Source: Felis catus
Taxonomy: Eukaryota
Assembly (NCBI RefSeq): GCF_018350175.1
Contig: NC_058383.1
Span: forward strand, 19,904,001-19,968,000
Length of the DNA stretch: 64,000 bases
Reading direction: 5' to 3'
Shown piece by piece: positions 58,896 through 64,000 of this stretch. The position numbers and the translations under genes were made by a program. Every line of letters begins with the position of its first letter. The first letter of the stretch is position 1. Below the pieces are notes generated by a model. It did no database searches. It saw only the letters and a program-made list of their open reading frames with translations, and had not been told where the DNA came from.

Positions 58896-61185
58896 GTGGA
58901 TGAGGATGGCGAGTTCAAAATCTGGGACTGACATTCAAAAAAAGGGGATGTTACCTAGCTGGAAGGAAGGGGCCATATTACTTCCTGTTTACCGGGTGTT
59001 TTGGAGGAAATGCCTTTCCAGACATGGCTCCAGAGGAGGAACAGAATAAAAGAATAAGAAGGTGTTGGTGACAAAGTAGTTAGAAGCCCCTGCTTTGAAG
59101 GAGGCCGTGTGCGCGCGCGCGCGTGTGGACCTACGAGATTGCGAATCGATATCCCATTTTCCTTGGAGTTTACACAGCTGCCCACAGGCCGATTCTTGAC
59201 TCCAGGATAAATAGGGCCATATCACTCGGCTGGCGAATAATGAATTTTCCAGATGGGCCCCACATCCTCACGACGGGCCTTTCGGGAAACCGCGTGTGGA
59301 GGAGAACCCGGTCTTCTGGTCTGAGAACGTGCTCCCATCTCCACGTCCCCTCCGGCCAGCTCCCCACGGCCCTCTGTGCCACGTGGGTGAGCCTGCCCTT
59401 TGGTGTGGGAATGTGAAATAATTGAGATAGATCCTCTGAAGTCAGACCGGGGTTACTGCGCTTTGTGTCCTGATTTTCCCATCCACTGGACTGTGATTAC
59501 CTTGAGGGCAGGGCCACTCGGATTCCTCTCCTCACACCCCCTGTGTCCTTCAGGAGAAGGTGGGGCTGCCGTGCCGTAGTCCCAGGCCAGCGTGGACCCT
59601 TAAGATGCGGCTTACGGCCACAAGGGAAGGGGGAAGGAAATGTGGCGACTTCACCCTGGATCTTAAACCCTTCCGCCCAGAGGTCGAGAGTCACTTCTGT
59701 TCACGGTTTGTTGGACAAATCGCATGGCCCCATTGAAGTCGGGGGAGCTGGGGAAGCTCGGTACACTCAGTCCTTTGAAGGAGAAAACCAGAAATATTGG
59801 TTAACAAGCATGAATAACCACCACACCACTGTGACCAACTAACTGGGGCTTGGAGTCATGTAGGCAGATGAATGAAATGGGCTTGTCACGAATCCAGAGC
59901 TAATACAGAATGAGGAGAATAAGGAGGGAGCACGGGCCTGGGGGTCCAGTGCAAATCCCATTGTTGTATGGCTGGAAGCTTCCACATTTGAGGAACGGGA
60001 CACATGAGCTTTTGCCTTTGTTTGTAAGTTAGATGTCTATAAGCATCTCCAACTCCCCGATTTGAACTCAGAATGTTCTTCCAGGGCACCGCCTAGTACC
60101 CCAAGCCAACCACTTGGGGCCAGTTGCCCAGATACGCACCAGTGAAGCTGGTAACCATGTCCCAAGTGCGCACAGCTGGCAGACCTGAGCAGGACAGTGG
60201 ATCGGCTCTCATGGCCCACCTGCTTCCCCCACCGCGTGAAAGTCCAACCAGCAGAGCCACGAGGAGTAGGGGGTCCAGGGTCCAATGGCCGGGGGTCACG
60301 TCTCCCCTTGCGCACTTGCCGTGTAGATTAGTGACCTTTCCTTTTTGTCCTTGGTTTCCTTTCCCGAGCGTTTGGGGGAGGATTCGGTGAGTTCACGCGT
60401 ATAAAGCCTGTGGCGTTCTGCCTGACACGCGCTGAATGCTGGATGTCGGATACTGGCTGTGACCCTGAATATTAGAATATTATTACTTGTTTCGCTATGC
60501 CAAGATTCCCGGTGCTTGGTTGCGTTGGGTTTTCCATCCGTGATAGAGAAGTACTGTTCAGACCCTGTGGGATGGTTGTAAGACCTAACTGAGGCTTAAA
60601 GACAGTAGCCATGCCCCCATCCGGTGCTAACTCTTGATCAGTAACTGATAGCCAGGCGTCTCTTCTCTGAGTCCCTCAACTCAACAACTGTGTGCGCTCC
60701 CGCAAGTCACTTCATTGGCCTGTGCCTCAGTTTCCCCATCTGCAGAGCAGGCATCAATATGTGTACAGTCACAGGCGGGGATTCTGAACCTCTGCTTTTC
60801 AGCCTGCCTCAGCCCCTTCCCCAGCGTTTCTGACCACAACAGACGAATTTGCAAGGGAATGTTTTCTCAAGATTCGAAGCTTCCAGAAGCGTAGAAATAC
60901 TGCTAGGGCCTGAAAGCAAGTCGGTGGCTCCACCTCTGCGTTACTCGGCCTGTCTCACCTCCACCTGGGAGCCAATCCAGCTTGACGCCTGGCCTTCCTG
61001 CCTCCAGTGGGCCTCCTCCCAGCCTCTTCACACTACAGGCAGAGTGTTCTTTCTAGGATGTGTACTGACCAGGTCACAGAGCAGCTCAGACCCCTCCAAA
61101 CCCCTCCAAAAGCTCCTCTTGTCCTCAGGAGAAGAGCCAAGCTGTGTCACAGGGCCCAGGCTGCACTGCGTAATTCTGGTTGGTC

Positions 61186-61661
61186 TGTAGCTGCAGTGCA
61201 GGAGCACCTGGCTCCGGGTTCTGGTTCTGGGGCTCAGGTTCTGGTTCTGGGGCTCAGGTTCTGGTTCTGGCTCAAGGGGCTCAGGTTCTGCCCCTTGCCG
61301 CTGACAACATCCAAAGGCAGAGAGAGCCCAGGGGTGGCGAATGAGAAAGACCCACACGGGGAAGAGAACGCACTAACATCTCAGAGGCTGTCTCCAGAGT
61401 CCTGAAAGTCCTTCCAGGTTTATATAAGGAAAACGTGGCATAAAGGTGGGTATGTGGAGGTGGGCAGGGAAGGTCAAATCATTGTCTTAGGGTCAATCAC
61501 AGGTGGGGTCTTGCTGGCTCAGGGCAATCCTCATTCCTTCGGTTCTCATCTCAGGATGCTTTCCACACTGACCTTTTGCCTGAGTTAAGAGAGGAGCTGG
61601 AAAGAACTTAATCAATTAGAAAGTTTGAGGTCAAAATAGAGATGGTTGAAGTCCACTTTCA
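61186..61661 (-). mobile_element. ERV solo LTR with perfect 4-bp TSD
   Basis: TG...CA ends; GGTC at 61182-61185 and 61662-61665; minus-strand TATATAAA at 61419-61426. Confidence 0.8.
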
Positions 61662-61667
61662 GGTCTC

Positions 61668-62790
61668 TGCATTAGTCAGACCAATGGGGTTTTTATATCT
61701 ATCTATCTATCTATCCATCCCCTCCTCCCTCCCTCCACCCAACATCCATCCATCCATCCATCCACCTACCAATCCATCCATCCACCTACCAATCCATCCA
61801 TCCACCTATCTACCTACCTATCCATCCATCCATCCATCCATCCAACCATCCATCCACCACCTACCAGTCCATCCATCCATCTGTCCATCCATCCATCCAA
61901 CCATCCATCCACCTATCCATCCATCCATCCATCCATCCATCCACCCACCTACCAATCCATCCATCCACCTATCTACCTACCTATCCATCCATCCATCCAT
62001 CCATCCATCCATCCATCCATCCACCCACCTATCCATCCATCCAACCATCCATCCATCCACCTACCAGTCCATCCATCCACCTATCTACCTACCTATCCAT
62101 CCATCCATCCATCCATCCATCCATCCATCCACCCACCTACCAATCCATCCATCCACCTATCTACTTACCTATCCATCCATCCATCCATCCATCCATCCAT
62201 CCATCCATCCATCCATCCACCCACCTATCCATCCATCCAACCATCCATCCATCCACCTACCAGTCCATCCATCCACCTATCTACCTACCTATCCATCCAT
62301 CCATCCATCCATCCATCCATCCATCCACCCACCTACCAATCCATCCATCCACCTATCTAACTACCCATCCATCCATCCATCCATCCATCCATCCATCCAT
62401 CCATCCACCTATCCATCCATCCACCTATCCATCCATCCAACCATCCATCCACCTACCAATCCATCCATCCACCTATCTACCTACCTATCCATCCATCCAA
62501 CCAACCATCCATTCACCTATCCATCCATCCATCCATCCCTCCATCCATCCATCCATCCACCCATCCATCATCCATCCATCCATCCACCCACCCATCATCC
62601 ATCCATCCATCCATCCATCCATCCTTCCATCCATCCATTCATCATCTATCTAGAGGAGGAGAAGGGGAGAGAGATTTAATGAGGAATTGGATCATGTGTT
62701 TATGGAGGCCGAGATGTCCCATGACCTGCCATCTGCAAGCTGGAGACCCAGGAAAGCCGGCAGTGTCATTCAACCCAAGTCAGAAAGCCC
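61668..62790 (-). mobile_element. MLT2B-like ERVL LTR hosting the (TCCA)n array
   Basis: TGCATTAGTCAG...; GAGATTTAATGAGGAATTGG...TGCCATCTGCAAGCTGGAGACCCAGGAAAGCCGG. Confidence 0.88.
61696..62651. repeat. Compound (TCCA)n/(CCTA)n tandem array, ~950 bp
   Basis: Directly visible. Confidence 0.98.
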
Positions 62791-63099
62791 ATTTTATTTT
62801 TATTTATTTTTTTAGCTTGGCTTGAGTTCTCTTTCCTGGTCCATGAAGCCAGAAGCTGTCATGAGGTCTATGCACTCCAACACAGGTTCGCCTCTGTCTT
62901 CTCTGTGCTGGAACAGCATGTGGTCCCAGCTCTTAAGGGGAGATATTGGTAGTGGTGAGAAGGCGGTGAGGTGGGAACTTCCAGGGACTGCCTGTTCAAA
63001 CGTTTACAGAGTCCAGGCAGGTGAATTAATGAACTGGAGCCAGGCAGGGCCCTTTGCCATCTAAAGAGGGGCAATATACCTCAGTTCCTGCCCATCGGG

Positions 63100-63267
63100 G
63101 CCAGGCAGAGGTGCAGGCATGGTCTGGACAGATCTGTTAATTTCAAGGAAAGCCAGATTCTGTATGTGAAATTTACCAACCCTTATTTTCCAAGAACACT
63201 GGGTGTACCAATCAGAACGCCTCTGTGGGCCAAATGCGGCCCGTGCTCACCGGCTTTTGAGACCTGA
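63100..63267. mobile_element. MER102-like hAT DNA transposon fragment
   Basis: TTTCAAGGAAAGCCAGATTCTGTATGTGAAAT...TCTGTGGGCCAAATGCGGCCCGTG. Confidence 0.65.
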
Positions 63268-64000
63268 CGCTTGTGAATGTACCCAGCCCACGTTTGGCAC
63301 GCCACAGTAAGTCTTCAGCACCTTTGGGGTCTGTGTTTCTCTGCCCTATCCAGGAAGGCTCTGTGTTATCAGGAAGGAAAGTAAGATTAAACCCAAGATG
63401 GGTGGAGGTTGTCTTTTTGTTGTCTTAATGGGCTAAGTCTCATCATTAAATTTTCCTGAGCTGATGGCTTTCTGTGGAAGAAATACCAGCCAAGCCCGAA
63501 CACCCTGAAAGCTCCATTAATCTTTCCATAACCCCATTAACACTCACTGCATATTTCCTGTGAAAAGGGTTGGAAATGACCAGAGCCCGCAGCAGGGAAA
63601 TATCTGTCATGCACCCAGCAGCCGGGGAAAGGGCCATGTAGGCACACAACGGGAAGACCATTGGAATGTGCTTCCTTCGGAATTGCTAAGGGAGGGGGGG
63701 CCCAGAGGGAGAGAAAGAATCGCTTGACCCTGGGAATCTTATAACTTGACAATCATTACAATAGAGTCACCTGTACTTTGCCATCTAGAAATATCTATTA
63801 CCTTGAACCTGGGGTTAGATGCCTGCTCCCCAGAGGAACTCTGGAAACAGAGATTTATTTGTGCAGCAATAATTGAAGAGTTCATTTGATTCCACAATCA
63901 ATTTCACGCCCTGTCATAAATAATGGAGGTCGTGGAGGCAGCCAAGCGGGGCGGGGGATGTGGCTGGTGCTGGGACAGCCTTCAAATAGCATCAGTGGAG

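Noticed and set aside
61642..62679. 345-aa ORF rich in P/S/I/H
   Set aside because: Translation of the (TCCA)n array inside an LTR; it lacks stops because of base composition.
1..64000. Assignment to a specific gene locus
   Set aside because: No exon I can recognise; naming a neighbouring gene would need a genome search.

Overview
Mammalian genomic DNA, most likely a felid such as the domestic cat. The basis is 26 tRNA-derived Can-SINEs, including young felid-type copies with intact target-site duplications (TSDs). I see no recognisable protein-coding gene, RNA gene or CRISPR array. The long ORFs in the track are by-products of SINEs, low-complexity DNA and tandem repeats. The window is GC-rich and crowded with eutherian interspersed repeats (MIR, L2, L1M fragments, MLT1/MLT2/LTR16/MER21 LTRs, MER5/MER102 DNA transposons). 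Between them lie AT-rich unique islands with homeodomain-type motifs that resemble developmental enhancers, plus one small CpG-rich island near 29.8-30.2 kb. The most notable features are: (1) an 88-bp inverted repeat with a perfect 30-bp core and + strand G.U bias (45357-45968); (2) a ~98% identical 387-bp dispersed duplication (47101-47487 / 48487-48874); (3) a 24-bp minisatellite with higher-order structure born inside an LTR16-like LTR; (4) a ~950-bp compound (TCCA)n array inside an MLT2 LTR; and (5) a 22:4 minus-strand SINE bias, suggesting the window lies within a + strand transcription unit. Repeat family names come from recalled consensus similarity, not from a database search, and boundaries of old repeats are approximate. 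I found no convincing novel multi-gene system.
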